Positions 1-10,187 are shown, counted from the stretch's first letter. The stretch is 64,000 nt of DNA from an uncultured Actinomycetota bacterium (GCA_963735535.1 CAVTLL010000005.1:52901-116900), one strand, 5' to 3'. Program-made: numbers and translations. The notes: a model not told the origin generated them from the letters alone.

Positions 1-110
1 CGAACGTCGCGCGCGAGGTCCCGGATCTCCACACCGCTCTCTCGAACTCCTTCGGCTTCGGCGGCCATAACGCGACGATCGTCTTGCAGCGCTGGGCCGC
101 CGAAAATTAG
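1..110 (+). CDS. fabF: beta-ketoacyl-ACP synthase II, C-terminal fragment (5' end outside window)
   Basis: Frame starting at nt 3 reads ...[23 protein letters not shown], the conserved KAS C-terminal [10 protein letters not shown] motif. Stop TAG 108-110. accD/accA follow. Confidence 0.75.
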   Translation, partial: NVAREVPDLHTALSNSFGFGGHNATIVLQRWAAEN

Positions 111-122
111 GATCTCCGCGCG

Positions 123-773
123 ATGCAGAGGTGGGCGACCTTCGATTGCTACGGCACGCTGATCGACTGGAACGGCGGGATCCGCGCCGAGCTCGAGCGG
201 CTGTTCGGCGACGACGAGGCGGAGATCGACGCGCTACTCGCCCGCTACCACGAGCTCGAGCCCGAGCTCGAGCGCGACGGCAAGCTCAGCTACCGGGAGG
301 TGATGACCGAGGCGATGCGCCGGCTCGGCGCGCCCGAAGGCGAGGAGAGCGGCCTCGCCGACTCCCTGCCGACCTGGGAGCCGTTCCCGGAGACGATCAA
401 CGCCCTGACCGAATGCCGTGAGCGCGGCTGGAAGCTCGCGATCCTCTCCAACTCCGACAAGGACCTGATCGAGGCGTCGAAGGAGCGGATCGGCGTTCCG
501 ATCGACGAGACGGTGGTCGCCTCGGAGATCCACTCCTACAAGCCGAATCTGATGCACTGGCTCGAGTTCTATGCCCGCACACTGGCCGACAAGCGCGCCC
601 ACGTTCACGTTGGTGCGAGTAACTTCCACGACATCGGCCCGGCGTCGAAGCTGCGGATCAGGAGCGTCTGGGTCAACCGGCTCGACGAGCACGCGATCAC
701 CGACCCGACGGTCGAGATCGAGGATCTCTATGAGCTCGGCCAGGTGCTCGACGACCTGACGCCGGAATCGTAA
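123..773 (+). CDS. HAD-superfamily hydrolase (haloacid dehalogenase type II-like)
   Basis: 216-aa ORF. HAD motif I FDCYGTLIDW near the N-terminus, later SNS and a K/D-containing motif. Confidence 0.7.
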   Translation: MQRWATFDCYGTLIDWNGGIRAELERLFGDDEAEIDALLARYHELEPELERDGKLSYREVMTEAMRRLGAPEGEESGLADSLPTWEPFPETINALTECRERGWKLAILSNSDKDLIEASKERIGVPIDETVVASEIHSYKPNLMHWLEFYARTLADKRAHVHVGASNFHDIGPASKLRIRSVWVNRLDEHAITDPTVEIEDLYELGQVLDDLTPES

Positions 774-826
774 GGCTGGACGCTGCAACTTCCGGCCGGG
801 CATACGGGTCTAAGATTCAGTCGCCG

Positions 827-1663
827 ATGAGCGAAACCAGTATCGACGTGAAGGTCGAGCAGATGGAAGGCGCGCCGGCCGAGAAGAAGCACCCCAACAC
901 CTGCCCCGAGTGCGGGTCGCATTACCGCGACGACGAGCTCGAGGCGACGGCATGGGTGTGCGCGCAGTGCGAACACCACTTTCGCATGTCGGCGCGTGCC
1001 CGGATCGCGTGGCTCGCCGATCCCGGGTCGTTCGCCGAGGAGGCGGCGGAGGTGCGATCGGCGGACCCGCTCGAGTTCTTCGATCTGCGCCCTTACCGCG
1101 AGCGCCTCGTCGAGGCCGAGCTGAACACGGGTCTCACCGACGCAATGGTAGTCGGCGCGGCGACACTCGACGATCACCCCCTCGAGCTCGCCGTGATGGA
1201 TTTCGCGTTCATGGGCGGTTCGATGGGGAGCGCCGTCGGCGAAAAGTTCGTCCGCGCGTGCGACGAGGCGATCTCGGAACGGACGCCGCTCCTCCTTGTG
1301 ACGAGCTCGGGCGGCGCGCGGATGCAGGAGGGAATCCTCTCGCTGATGCAGCTGCCGAAGACCGTCGCCTCGATCGACGAGCTCCACGAGGCTCGACTGC
1401 CGCTCTTCTGCCTGCTCACGAACCCGACGACGGGTGGAGCGATGGCGAGCTTCGCGACGCTCGGCGACGTGATCATCGCGGAGCCCGGTGCGCTGCTTGC
1501 GTTCACAGGCCCGCGCGTGGTGCAGGAGATCGTCAAGGAGAAGCTTTCCGACGACTTCGGGCGGTCGGAGCAGAACCTCCGGTTCGGTCAGATCGACGCG
1601 ATCGTCCCCCGATCCGAGCAGCGGCAGTATCTGGCGCGGCTCCTCCGGCTCTTTGGCGGGTGA
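827..1663 (+). CDS. accD: acetyl-CoA carboxylase carboxyltransferase beta subunit
   Basis: 278-aa ORF. N-terminal Cys4 zinc ribbon CPECG..CAQC, then carboxyltransferase motifs (FMGGSMG, SSGGARMQEG). Confidence 0.9.
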   Translation: MSETSIDVKVEQMEGAPAEKKHPNTCPECGSHYRDDELEATAWVCAQCEHHFRMSARARIAWLADPGSFAEEAAEVRSADPLEFFDLRPYRERLVEAELNTGLTDAMVVGAATLDDHPLELAVMDFAFMGGSMGSAVGEKFVRACDEAISERTPLLLVTSSGGARMQEGILSLMQLPKTVASIDELHEARLPLFCLLTNPTTGGAMASFATLGDVIIAEPGALLAFTGPRVVQEIVKEKLSDDFGRSEQNLRFGQIDAIVPRSEQRQYLARLLRLFGG

Positions 1664-1676
1664 GGCGGAGCGCTCC

Positions 1677-2588
1677 TTGTGGGAGCGCCTCGGCCGCCTG
1701 AAGCAACTCCCGCTGCTCCACCGCACGAACGTCTCGGGCGAGGAGCGCCGCCTCCGCGACCAGCTCGATTCGATGTCACGTGCGGACGCGTCCGAGGACG
1801 AGATCTGGGCCTTCGTAGAGCTCGCACGTCATCCCGACCGGCCCTACACCCTTGATTACGTCGAGCGGATCCTGGACGACTGGGTCGAACTGCACGGCGA
1901 CCGGGGGCGCGCCGACGACGGTGCGATCGTCGCGGGGCTCGGCAGGCTCGCCGGCCGCACGGTCGCATTGATCGGGCACCAGAAGGGCCGCGACCTCAAG
2001 GAGCGGCTCGCGCGCCAGTACGGGATGCCGAGCCCCGAGGGCTACACGAAGGCCATGCGGATCATGGACATCGCGGAGCGGTTCGATTACCCGTTGGTCT
2101 CGCTCGTAGATACACCCGGCGCCTTTCCGGGGGTCGCCGCGGAGCAGCACGGGCAGGGTGGCGCGATCGCCCGCTCCCAGGCACGGATGATGGCTCTGAC
2201 GGTGCCGACCGTCGCGTGCGTGATCGGTGAGGGCGGCTCCGGCGGGGCCCTCGCGATTGCGGTTTCCGACCGCGTGATGATGCAGGAGAACGCGATCTAC
2301 TCGGTGATCACGCCGGAGGGGTGCGCGATGATCCTGTGGCGCGATCCCGAGCAAAAGAAGAAGGCGGCCGCGGCATTCAAACCGGACGCGTTCCACTGCC
2401 TCGAGCTCGGGGTGATCGATTCGATCGTCGCCGAGCCGCGCGGTGGCGCTCACGAGGACCCCGACGAGGCTGCCGCAAGCCTCAAGAGTGCGCTCGTGGA
2501 CTCGCTCGACGAGGTTTCGGGTATTTCCGCCGGGGAACTACGACGGTCACGGCGCGCGAAATTCCGCGCGATGGGTGTGTACGCCTAG
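1677..2588 (+). CDS. accA: acetyl-CoA carboxylase carboxyltransferase alpha subunit
   Basis: Frame of track ORF 1488..2588. ARHPDRPYTLDY, GHQKGR, DTPGAFPG and GEGGSGGALA motifs. Start set at TTG 1677 (GGAG 6 nt upstream, just after the accD stop at 1661-1663). TTG 1653 is an alternative. Confidence 0.85.
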   Translation: MWERLGRLKQLPLLHRTNVSGEERRLRDQLDSMSRADASEDEIWAFVELARHPDRPYTLDYVERILDDWVELHGDRGRADDGAIVAGLGRLAGRTVALIGHQKGRDLKERLARQYGMPSPEGYTKAMRIMDIAERFDYPLVSLVDTPGAFPGVAAEQHGQGGAIARSQARMMALTVPTVACVIGEGGSGGALAIAVSDRVMMQENAIYSVITPEGCAMILWRDPEQKKKAAAAFKPDAFHCLELGVIDSIVAEPRGGAHEDPDEAAASLKSALVDSLDEVSGISAGELRRSRRAKFRAMGVYA

Positions 2589-2686
2589 AATCGCGCGTCT
2601 GCGCCGTTTAGCAGCAGTTTCTCCACACGATCCACAGGGTTTTCAACCGGCTTTCTACATCTGCGTGAACGCGCAGAATAGGACTC

Positions 2687-5002
2687 GTGGCAAAGCTCGA
2701 GGAGTACCGGAAAAAGCGTGACCCGAAGGCCACTCCTGAGCCGTTCGGCGGTGAGGCGCGTGCGGGTGCGCCGGTGTTCGTCGTCCAGAGACATGCTGCG
2801 CGCAGCCTCCACTACGACTTCCGTCTGGAGCGCGACGGCGCCCTGGCCTCGTGGGCGGTGCCAAAAGGGGTGCCGGTCGAGCCCGGCGCGAAGGCTCTGG
2901 CCGTTCACGTCGAGGATCACCCGCTCGACTACGCGACGTTCGCGGGTGAGATCCCGAAGGGCTCCTACGGCGCCGGGACGGTCGAGATCTGGGATCACGG
3001 AACCTACGAGCTGCTCGAGGCGAAGAGTGACGGAGGGCTGAAGGTGCGGCTCGCCGGCGAACGCTTCCAGGGTGTGTGGACGCTCGTGCCCGCGCACCTG
3101 GATGGTAAGGAGGCTAACTGGCTGCTGATCCGGAGCGCGAGCGACACCGAAACGGCGAAGCCGTCCGCAAGCGCGACCTACAAGCCCATGCTTGCGACCC
3201 TCACCGACGAGCTGCCGAAGGGCGCCAACTGGCTCTACGAGCTGAAGTTCGACGGCTACCGCGCGCTTGCTTATGTCCGCAGCGGAAGCTGCGAGCTGTG
3301 GTCGAGGAACGGCAACGATCTGACGGAGCGATTCTCGAGCGTCGCTCACGCCGTCGGTGAGGCCGTCTCACGCGACGCGGTCGTCGACGGCGAGGTGTGC
3401 GCGCTCGATGAGCGCGGGCATCCCAGCTTCTCGGCGATGCAGCAGGGAGCCGGGCGGCTCGTGTACTACGCCTTCGATTGCCTCGAGGTCGGCGGCGCCA
3501 CGGTCGTCGACCGGCCGCTCGAGGAACGCCGCGAGCTGCTCGCCGGCCTGATCCGGCCGAGTGTGTCGGTGAGTCTTTCGGCCACGTTCGAAGATGGCGC
3601 CGCGCTCTTCGAGACGGTCGAACGGCAGGAGCTCGAGGGGATCATCGCCAAGCGCACCGGGTCGCGCTACGCCCAGGGACGGCGAACACGCGAATGGCTG
3701 AAGCTCAAGACGCACGGCCGTCAGGAGTTCGTCGTCGTCGGCTACACGCGGGGCACGGGCAACCGCGCAGCGGCGTTCGGAGCCCTCGTTCTCGCGGTCA
3801 ACGAGGGTGGCGAGCTGAGGTATGCGGGCAATGTCGGCACGGGGTTCGACGAGCGCGAGATCAGGCGTCTGCTCGGCTTGCTCGGACCGCTCGAGCGGCC
3901 CGAGTCGCCGTTCGCCCAGCCGCCGAAGATGCCCCGCGTTCGGCGTGGAGATGTCACGTGGGTCGAGCCTCGCCTCGTGGCCGAGGTCGAGTTCAGCGAG
4001 TGGACACACGACGGGCACGTGCGCCAGCCCGTCTACAAGGGGCTCCGCGAGGACAAGGCGCCTGCGGAGATCCGGCACGAGCGGCCGCCGGCCGATGTCG
4101 TTCGGGTCGGGAGGCGTGAGCTTGCGCTCTCGAACCTCGACAAGCTCTTCTGGCCCGAGGAGGGGATCACGAAGGGAGATCTGCTCGCCTACTACCGCGC
4201 CGTCGCTCCGGTGCTCGTCCCGCACCTGAAGGGCAGGCCGTTCACGATGCGGCGCTACCCCGACGGAGCATTCGGAAAGGCCTTCTTCCAGAAGGATGCG
4301 CCTTCGCACATGCCGGACTGGATCCGCACCTTCGCCACCGAGGTCACGACACGGTCGAAGGAGCGCAAGCAGAGAACCGTCTCGTTTCCCGTCGTCGACG
4401 ACGAGCTGGCTCTTCTCTGGATGGCCAACATGGGCTGCATCGACATGAATCCGTGGTATTCGCGGGTCGACAGGCCCGACCGCCCGGATTTCGTGCTCTT
4501 CGACCTCGATCCGACGCCCGAGGTGCCCTACGCACAGACCGTCGAGGTCGCGCTGATCCTGAAGGGCCTGCTCGATGGGCTCGGCCTCGAGTCGTTTCCG
4601 AAAACCTCCGGCGGGAAGGGGTTCCACGTGCTCGTCCCGCTCGATCGCAGGTCGACCTACGAGGCCACCCGGGCATTCGCCGAGCACGTCGCCGGCGTGA
4701 TCGCGCGCGCCTACCCGTCGCTGGCGACAACCGCGTGGGCGAAGTCGAAGCGACGCGGCGTGCTGATCGACGCGAATCAGAACGGGTTGGGCAAGACGAT
4801 CGCGTCGGTCTACTCGGTGCGCCCACATCCCGGCGCGCCCGTCTCGACGCCGCTCGCCTGGAATGAGGTCGTCGCCGATCTCGATCCGGCCGCGTTCAGG
4901 ATGGGGGCCGTGCTCGACCGTGTTGCGCGCCACGGCGACCTGTTCGCCGGGATCCTCTCGACCCGGCAGTCGCTCTCGAAGGCGCTCCGCGCCCTCACGT
5001 GA
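2687..5002 (+). CDS. ligD: multidomain ATP-dependent DNA ligase LigD (phosphoesterase - ligase - polymerase/primase)
   Basis: 771-aa ORF, GTG start. N-terminal FVVQRHAARSLHYDFRLE (3'-phosphoesterase), ligase adenylation motif ELKFDGYR, C-terminal LigD polymerase-like region (FDLDP...GGKGFHV). Confidence 0.9.
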   Translation: MAKLEEYRKKRDPKATPEPFGGEARAGAPVFVVQRHAARSLHYDFRLERDGALASWAVPKGVPVEPGAKALAVHVEDHPLDYATFAGEIPKGSYGAGTVEIWDHGTYELLEAKSDGGLKVRLAGERFQGVWTLVPAHLDGKEANWLLIRSASDTETAKPSASATYKPMLATLTDELPKGANWLYELKFDGYRALAYVRSGSCELWSRNGNDLTERFSSVAHAVGEAVSRDAVVDGEVCALDERGHPSFSAMQQGAGRLVYYAFDCLEVGGATVVDRPLEERRELLAGLIRPSVSVSLSATFEDGAALFETVERQELEGIIAKRTGSRYAQGRRTREWLKLKTHGRQEFVVVGYTRGTGNRAAAFGALVLAVNEGGELRYAGNVGTGFDEREIRRLLGLLGPLERPESPFAQPPKMPRVRRGDVTWVEPRLVAEVEFSEWTHDGHVRQPVYKGLREDKAPAEIRHERPPADVVRVGRRELALSNLDKLFWPEEGITKGDLLAYYRAVAPVLVPHLKGRPFTMRRYPDGAFGKAFFQKDAPSHMPDWIRTFATEVTTRSKERKQRTVSFPVVDDELALLWMANMGCIDMNPWYSRVDRPDRPDFVLFDLDPTPEVPYAQTVEVALILKGLLDGLGLESFPKTSGGKGFHVLVPLDRRSTYEATRAFAEHVAGVIARAYPSLATTAWAKSKRRGVLIDANQNGLGKTIASVYSVRPHPGAPVSTPLAWNEVVADLDPAAFRMGAVLDRVARHGDLFAGILSTRQSLSKALRALT

Positions 5003-5582
5003 GGCTCTTGATCCCGTTCACGACGAGCTGAGCTGCGATCGCGGCGACCAGCAGCCCGAAGACACGGGTCAGGAACGAGAACACGCCCGGGCCGAGCCTT
5101 CGAGTCAGGCGTTCGGCGACGAGGAGCGAGATCCCGACGCAGGCGACCACGGCCAGGATTGCGAGGACGACCGCCGTGTGGCCGCCGGCGCCGGGGTGGC
5201 TCCGCCAGAGAACCATGGCCGTTGCGATCGCGCCGGGGCCGGCCACGAGCGGGGTCGCGAGCGGGACGAGCGCGACGTCCTTCGACTCGCCGGTCGGGAA
5301 GTCGATGCCCCGCAGCATCTCGAGCGACACGATCAGGAGCAGCAGGCCGCCGGCGATCGAGAGGTTACCGATCGAGACGTTCAGGTGGCGCAGGACGATT
5401 GCGCCGAACGCTGCGAAGCCGAGGATGAGGCTTCCTGCGTAGAGGCAGGCTCGGAGCGCGGCGCGCTGGCGCTCCTTCGGGCTCAGGTTCCGGGTTACGG
5501 CGAGGAACACCGGTGCGTTCCCGAACGGGTCGGTGATCACGAACAGCGTCACGACCGTCTCACCGAAAGCGCGCCGGCTCAA
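4995..5582 (-). CDS. MarC/UPF0056 family integral membrane protein
   Basis: 195-aa ORF, multiple hydrophobic helices. N-terminal FVITDPFGNAPVFL signature of the MarC family. Overlaps the ligD stop by 8 nt, convergently. Confidence 0.7.
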   Translation of the reverse strand: MSRRAFGETVVTLFVITDPFGNAPVFLAVTRNLSPKERQRAALRACLYAGSLILGFAAFGAIVLRHLNVSIGNLSIAGGLLLLIVSLEMLRGIDFPTGESKDVALVPLATPLVAGPGAIATAMVLWRSHPGAGGHTAVVLAILAVVACVGISLLVAERLTRRLGPGVFSFLTRVFGLLVAAIAAQLVVNGIKSLT

Positions 5583-5636
5583 GCGCTGATCCTACGACGC
5601 AGGATCCGCCGGAGCCTTGAGGCGGCAAACTGGGCC

Positions 5637-6113
5637 TTACGCCGTTGTGCCGGGTACTCCGGACGGCGTCGCTGCCGCGAAATGGTCCCAGCGCTCGAGC
5701 GCGTAGCGCGCCTCCTTTGTGGAGAGGTTGCCCACCTTCTTGTCCTCGACGAGCCGGCGGAGATGCCAGCGCCATTCGTCGAGATCCTGCTTGTCGTAGG
5801 CGATCCAGAGCTGGCTTGCGTGGTAGACCAGGCTCGGCGGCAGGCTGAGCAGGAAGTCTCGATTCTGGATCACGTTCTCTCGCCGGAAGAACTCCTCGTG
5901 GATGAACCGCTTGTCCAGGTGCTCCCACCAGTCCTTGCCTTCGGCCGGCTCGAGCGGACCGATCTCGCGAAGCTCCCGCCGCACGAGCCCCGTGAGCCGC
6001 CGGCGGTGGCGCCAGCCCTGGATCGAGGGCCAGAGCGCGGCGACTGATGTTCCGACGACCGCGAGGACGATCGGGACCAGTAGGTCGGAAAGGACGCTGA
6101 CAGCAAGGATCAC
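5637..6113 (-). CDS. hypothetical membrane-anchored protein
   Basis: In-frame GTG at 6113 in the gap between the MarC-like gene and the helicase. One N-terminal hydrophobic helix (ILAVSVLSDLLVPIVLAVVGTSVAAL), then a charged, Trp-rich soluble part. The rest of the 543-aa track ORF overlaps the helicase and is Arg/Pro-rich junk. No family recognised. Confidence 0.45.
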   Translation of the reverse strand: MILAVSVLSDLLVPIVLAVVGTSVAALWPSIQGWRHRRRLTGLVRRELREIGPLEPAEGKDWWEHLDKRFIHEEFFRRENVIQNRDFLLSLPPSLVYHASQLWIAYDKQDLDEWRWHLRRLVEDKKVGNLSTKEARYALERWDHFAAATPSGVPGTTA

Positions 6114-6157
6114 GCCGCCCGACGCTAGCTCAGGGCCCCGACGGCGGAGCCTGGGGG

Positions 6158-8380
6158 TTAGCCCGCGAGGCGCTCGAGGAGCATCCGGGCGCCGGCCTTG
6201 TCGAGCATCTCGTTCAGGTTGCCGCACTTCGGGCTCTGGACGCAGCTTGGGCAGCCGTCCGTACACGGGCAGGCGGCGATCATGCGGGCGGTGTCGGCGA
6301 CCCAGCCCTCGAACTGCTCGAAGCCGCGTTCGGTGATCCCGACGCCGCCCGGGTGGCCGTCGTACACGAAGATCGTCGGGCGGCCCGTGTCGGCGTGGAG
6401 GTTCGTGGAGAGCCCGCCGATGTCCCAGCGGTCGCACATCGCCCAGAGCGGCAGCATCGCGATCAGGGCGTGCTCCGAGGCGTGTAGCGTCGAGAGAAGC
6501 TTCGGCATCTCGTCCACGCCGCGGAGCTGGTCGGGCTCGGGCGCGAACCAGATCGCCTCGGTGGCGAAGGTCTGCGGTGGGCAGTCCAGCGGGACGAGCT
6601 CGATCCGCTCCTGCGAGGCGATGGTCTTGCGCTCGTAGCCGACGACCTGCTCGGTCACCTCGACCTCTCCGAATACGAGGTCGAGGCCCGCCCGGCGCTC
6701 CTCGCGCAGGGGGCGCAGGATGTTCGTGTCGGTCTCCTTCTTCGGTTGCGTATACCAGTCGCCGCGGAACGGCTCGACGACGGCGTGGAGTGTCTTCTCG
6801 TCGAGCGCCTCGACGAGATAGGGCTCCCCGAGGTGGAGGTAGACGGCGCCTTTGTGGACCGTCGCGTAAGCGCGGGAGCGCTCGACGAACCCGAGCACCG
6901 AGCCCGTCGACTGATCGACGACCGTGAACGAGTCGGGATCGGCGGAGCGGAGCGGGATCCGGGCCGCCGGCGTGGTGGTTCCGCCCCAGACGTAGCCGCG
7001 CGGGGTGTGCTTGAGCTCCGGATCGCGGGCAGCGGCCTCGAGGGCCTCGCGGCCGAGGATCGAGGCGTCGCTCTCCTCGAGCGGCGCCTCGTACGCGGCC
7101 GCCTGGACGTGGCCCGCAAGGACGCGCGGGTTCGCGTGATCGAGGATCGCGGCCTCCACGCGCCGGCCGAGCAGCTTCTCGGGCTCGCGCATGAAGTACT
7201 GGTCGAGCGCATCTTCGGTCGCGACGAGCACCGCGAGGCCGTGGCCCCGCCGCCCTGCTCGGCCCCACTGCTGCCGCAGCGAGGCGATCGTGCCCGGGAA
7301 GCCGACCGAGATCACTGCGTCGAGCAGCCCGATGTCGATCCCGAGCTCGAGTGCGTCGGTTGAGGTGACGCCGAGCAGGTCGCCCTCGGCAAGGCGCCGC
7401 TCGATCTCGCGGCGCTGCTCGACCGTGTAGCCGGCGCGGTAGGGCGAGAGGCGCGAGTCGTCGCCGAGCCGCTCGGCGGTGAAGCGGTGGATCAGCTCGG
7501 CTGTCTTGCGGCTCTTGGCGAAGGTGAGCGTGCGCAGTCCGCGCTCGACGAACGCCGCCTGGAGCTTCGACGCCTCGGCGAGAGCCGAGCCGCGAAGCCC
7601 GAGCTCGACGTCGAGAAGCGGCGGGTTCCAGAGCACGACAGTCCGTTCGGCTCGTGGCGCGGCGTCGTCGCTGATCACCGTGACGGGCGTGCCGAGCAGC
7701 GACTCGCCGAGCCGGCCAGGGTTCGCGATCGTGGCGGTGGCGAGCAGGAACTGCGGCTCGGAGCCGTAGATGGCCGCGATCCGGCGGAGTCGCCGCAGCA
7801 CGTTCGCGACGTGGGAGCCGAAGACGCCCCGGTACACGTGCGCCTCGTCGACCACGACGTAGCGGAGGTTCGCGAGCACCTCACCCCAACGTTCGTGGTT
7901 CGGCAGGAGACCGATGTGAACCATGTCGGGGTTCGTCAGGATCGCATTCGACCACTTCCGGATCTGCCAGCGCTGGTCGGTCGGGGTGTCGCCGTCGTAG
8001 ATCGCAGGCCGGAGCTTCGGGACGCGTAGGGCGGTGAGCGTACGGAACTGGTCCTGCGCAAGTGCCTTGGTCGGGTACAGGTAGAGCACGCGGTGCTTCG
8101 GCGTTCGCACCAGGTCGTCGAGGATCGGAAGGTTGAACGCGAGCGTCTTTCCCGATGCTGTGCCGGTCGTGATCACGAGATGCTCGCCGCGCGCCGCCGC
8201 TTCCCACGCGGCGCGCTGGTGCTGGTACAGCTCTGGTATGCCGATCGCGTCGCGGACGCGCGGATCGAGGTCGTCCGGGATCGGCGCGGTTCGCGCCGGG
8301 CGCGGAGGCTCGTCGTCGCGGTACGCAAGCTCCTCGCCTGCGAGCAGCTCCTCCGGCAGAACGAGGCCCGCGCTTGCCAT
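6158..8380 (-). CDS. DEAD/DEAH-box helicase with C-terminal DUF1998-type Cys cluster (MrfA/YprA-like)
   Basis: 740-aa ORF. Motif I GTASGKT, motif II VVDEAH, C-terminal CPCTDGCPSCVQSPKCGN. Confidence 0.85.
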   Translation of the reverse strand: MASAGLVLPEELLAGEELAYRDDEPPRPARTAPIPDDLDPRVRDAIGIPELYQHQRAAWEAAARGEHLVITTGTASGKTLAFNLPILDDLVRTPKHRVLYLYPTKALAQDQFRTLTALRVPKLRPAIYDGDTPTDQRWQIRKWSNAILTNPDMVHIGLLPNHERWGEVLANLRYVVVDEAHVYRGVFGSHVANVLRRLRRIAAIYGSEPQFLLATATIANPGRLGESLLGTPVTVISDDAAPRAERTVVLWNPPLLDVELGLRGSALAEASKLQAAFVERGLRTLTFAKSRKTAELIHRFTAERLGDDSRLSPYRAGYTVEQRREIERRLAEGDLLGVTSTDALELGIDIGLLDAVISVGFPGTIASLRQQWGRAGRRGHGLAVLVATEDALDQYFMREPEKLLGRRVEAAILDHANPRVLAGHVQAAAYEAPLEESDASILGREALEAAARDPELKHTPRGYVWGGTTTPAARIPLRSADPDSFTVVDQSTGSVLGFVERSRAYATVHKGAVYLHLGEPYLVEALDEKTLHAVVEPFRGDWYTQPKKETDTNILRPLREERRAGLDLVFGEVEVTEQVVGYERKTIASQERIELVPLDCPPQTFATEAIWFAPEPDQLRGVDEMPKLLSTLHASEHALIAMLPLWAMCDRWDIGGLSTNLHADTGRPTIFVYDGHPGGVGITERGFEQFEGWVADTARMIAACPCTDGCPSCVQSPKCGNLNEMLDKAGARMLLERLAG

Positions 8381-8393
8381 GCGCCGATGCTAG

Positions 8394-8478
8394 CCTCGCC
8401 GCACCGGGGTGCCCCATCGGGGCTGAGATCAGACCCGTCGAACCTGATCCGGGTCATGCCGGCGAAGGGAGTGGCGTT
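8394..8478 (+). promoter_or_regulatory. TPP (THI-box) riboswitch
   Basis: ccGGGGUGCcccaucgggGCUGAGAucagACCCgucGAACCUGAUCCGGGUCAUGCCGGCGAAGGGAgug matches the conserved TPP aptamer core. Lies directly upstream of thiD. Exact P1 limits uncertain. Confidence 0.85.
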
Positions 8479-9256
8479 GCAAGTACCGCGGGCATTGACG
8501 ATTGCGACCTCCGACAGCGGCGGCGCAGCCGGCGTCCAGGCCGACCTGAAGGCGTTCGCGGCCGCCGGCGTCTACGGGATGTCCGCTCTGGTGGCGCTCA
8601 CTGCGCAGAACACCGTGGCCGTCACAGCGATTCACGAGCTCCCGTCGGAGTTCGTCGTCGCGGAGCTCGACGCGGTCTTCTCCGACATCGGCGTCGACGC
8701 CGCGAAGACCGGGATGCTGTTCTCCCGTCGCCTGATCGAGACGGTCGCCGACTACCTCACCGAGCACCGCGTGCCGCTCGTCGTCGATCCCGTCATGGTC
8801 GCCAGCTCGGGCGCAAAGCTGCTCGAGGACGATGCCGTTGAGGCGCTCGTCCGGCGACTGTTCCCGCTCGCGACGGTGGTCACGCCGAATCTCCCGGAGG
8901 CGGTCGCCCTGGCGGGCTTCAACGGCAAGCGCCACGAGCTCGCCGAGCGTCTCCATGAGCTCGGTGCTCCCGCTGTCCTCGTCACCGGTGGCCACGGCGA
9001 GCACGCGGTCGACCACCTTTTCGACGGGATGCAACACCTCGAGATCCCGGTCACCCGTCACGCCGTCGCCGCGACCCACGGTGCCGGCTGCACCCACTCG
9101 GCGACGCTCGCGGCAGCTCTCGCTCGCGGGGAGTCCCTGGAAGCAGCTGCCAGGGCCGCCGCGGCCGCCGCGTCAGCCGCCGTCGCCCACGGCCTCCCGG
9201 AGCTCGGCTCCGGTGACGGCCCCGTCGACATCTTCAACCTGAAAGGAGCCGCGTGA
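8477..9256 (+). CDS. thiD: hydroxymethylpyrimidine/phosphomethylpyrimidine kinase
   Basis: Frame of track ORF 8093..9256. ALTIATSDSGGAAGVQADLKAF and the rest are ThiD-like. ATG 8456 lies inside the riboswitch aptamer, so the start was moved to TTG 8477 (GTG 8471 is an alternative), with GAAGGGAG as the SD. Confidence 0.85.
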   Translation: MQVPRALTIATSDSGGAAGVQADLKAFAAAGVYGMSALVALTAQNTVAVTAIHELPSEFVVAELDAVFSDIGVDAAKTGMLFSRRLIETVADYLTEHRVPLVVDPVMVASSGAKLLEDDAVEALVRRLFPLATVVTPNLPEAVALAGFNGKRHELAERLHELGAPAVLVTGGHGEHAVDHLFDGMQHLEIPVTRHAVAATHGAGCTHSATLAAALARGESLEAAARAAAAAASAAVAHGLPELGSGDGPVDIFNLKGAA

Positions 9257-9401
9257 GCCCAACCGAACACGAGCCCCCACGCGCACACCCCGACCCCGGG
9301 GTGGGGACGCACCCCTCCGCCCTCGAGATCAATTCTACGCGGGCTCGACGCAGGTGTCTGCGCCGAAATTGGATCAGCTCGTCCACAGGTGGAGGTGTCG
9401 A

Positions 9402-10187
9402 ATGAGCGTGGGGACGTCCCTCTTGCAGCTTCGGGAGCAGAAGCCGCTCGTGCACCAGATCACCAACTACGTGGTGATGAACGAGACCGCGAACGCGACG
9501 CTCGCGCTCGGGGCGCTACCCGTGATGGCGCACGCCCCGGAGGAGGTCGAGGAGATGGTCGGGTTCGCCGGCGCACTCGTCCTGAACATCGGCACGCTCT
9601 CGTCGCACTGGGTTGCCGCAATGCTGGCCGCTGGACGCGCTGCGAACGCACGTGGCATCCCGGTCGTCCTCGACCCGGTCGGGGCCGGCGCCACCTCCTA
9701 TCGCACCGAAACGGCACGTCGGATTCTCGGCGAGGTCGATGTCGCGGTGCTCCGTGGCAATGCGGGAGAGATCGCCGCGCTCGCCGGCGTCGAGGCCGAG
9801 ATGCGAGGAGTCGAGTCGATCGGCGGCGTCTCCGACCCGGCCCAGCTCGCGCGCGAGGCTGCACGCGCGCTGGGCGCCGTCGCCTCGGTCACCGGCCCGG
9901 TCGATCATGTCTCCGACGGTGACCGCGCTGCCGCGATCGCGAACGGCGACCCGATGCTCGCGACAATCACGGGAACGGGCTGTATGTCGAGCGCGGTGAC
10001 GGGCTGCTTCGCGGCGGTCGCGGCATCCCCGTTCGATGCTGCAGTCGAGGCGCTTGTCGCATTCGGAGTGGCCGGCGAGGACGCGGCCCGCGAGGCCAGG
10101 GGGCCGGGCTCGTTCCACGTCAACCTCTACGACGCACTGGCCGCACTCGACCCGTCGACGATCGACGGGAGGGCGCGCGTCAGGTGA
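9402..10187 (+). CDS. thiM: hydroxyethylthiazole kinase
   Basis: PLVHQITNYVVMNETANATLALGALPVMAH signature. ATG 9402 preceded by GGAGGTG. Stop overlaps the thiE start (GTGA). Confidence 0.85.
   Translation: MSVGTSLLQLREQKPLVHQITNYVVMNETANATLALGALPVMAHAPEEVEEMVGFAGALVLNIGTLSSHWVAAMLAAGRAANARGIPVVLDPVGAGATSYRTETARRILGEVDVAVLRGNAGEIAALAGVEAEMRGVESIGGVSDPAQLAREAARALGAVASVTGPVDHVSDGDRAAAIANGDPMLATITGTGCMSSAVTGCFAAVAASPFDAAVEALVAFGVAGEDAAREARGPGSFHVNLYDALAALDPSTIDGRARVR

Noticed and set aside
728-1726. 332-aa minus-strand ORF, one of many similar long ORFs (for example 3368..4933-, 14772..15854-, 22910..24604+, 25399..26937+, 50110..52194-, 52994..55327+, 17613..18425-).
   Set aside because: They lie antisense or out of frame to ORFs with clear catalytic motifs. 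They are Arg/Pro/Ala/Gly-rich low-complexity translations, typical of a GC-rich genome where stops are rare in wrong frames. No motif was recognised in any of them.
8093-8476. N-terminal extension of the thiD ORF, including ATG 8456.
   Set aside because: The extension overlaps the helicase gene on the other strand and runs through the TPP aptamer. ATG 8456 is part of the conserved aptamer sequence.
9257-9401. Second TPP riboswitch in front of thiM.
   Set aside because: It lacks the CUGAGA and ACCC...CCUGAUC core. Only a GC hairpin is present.
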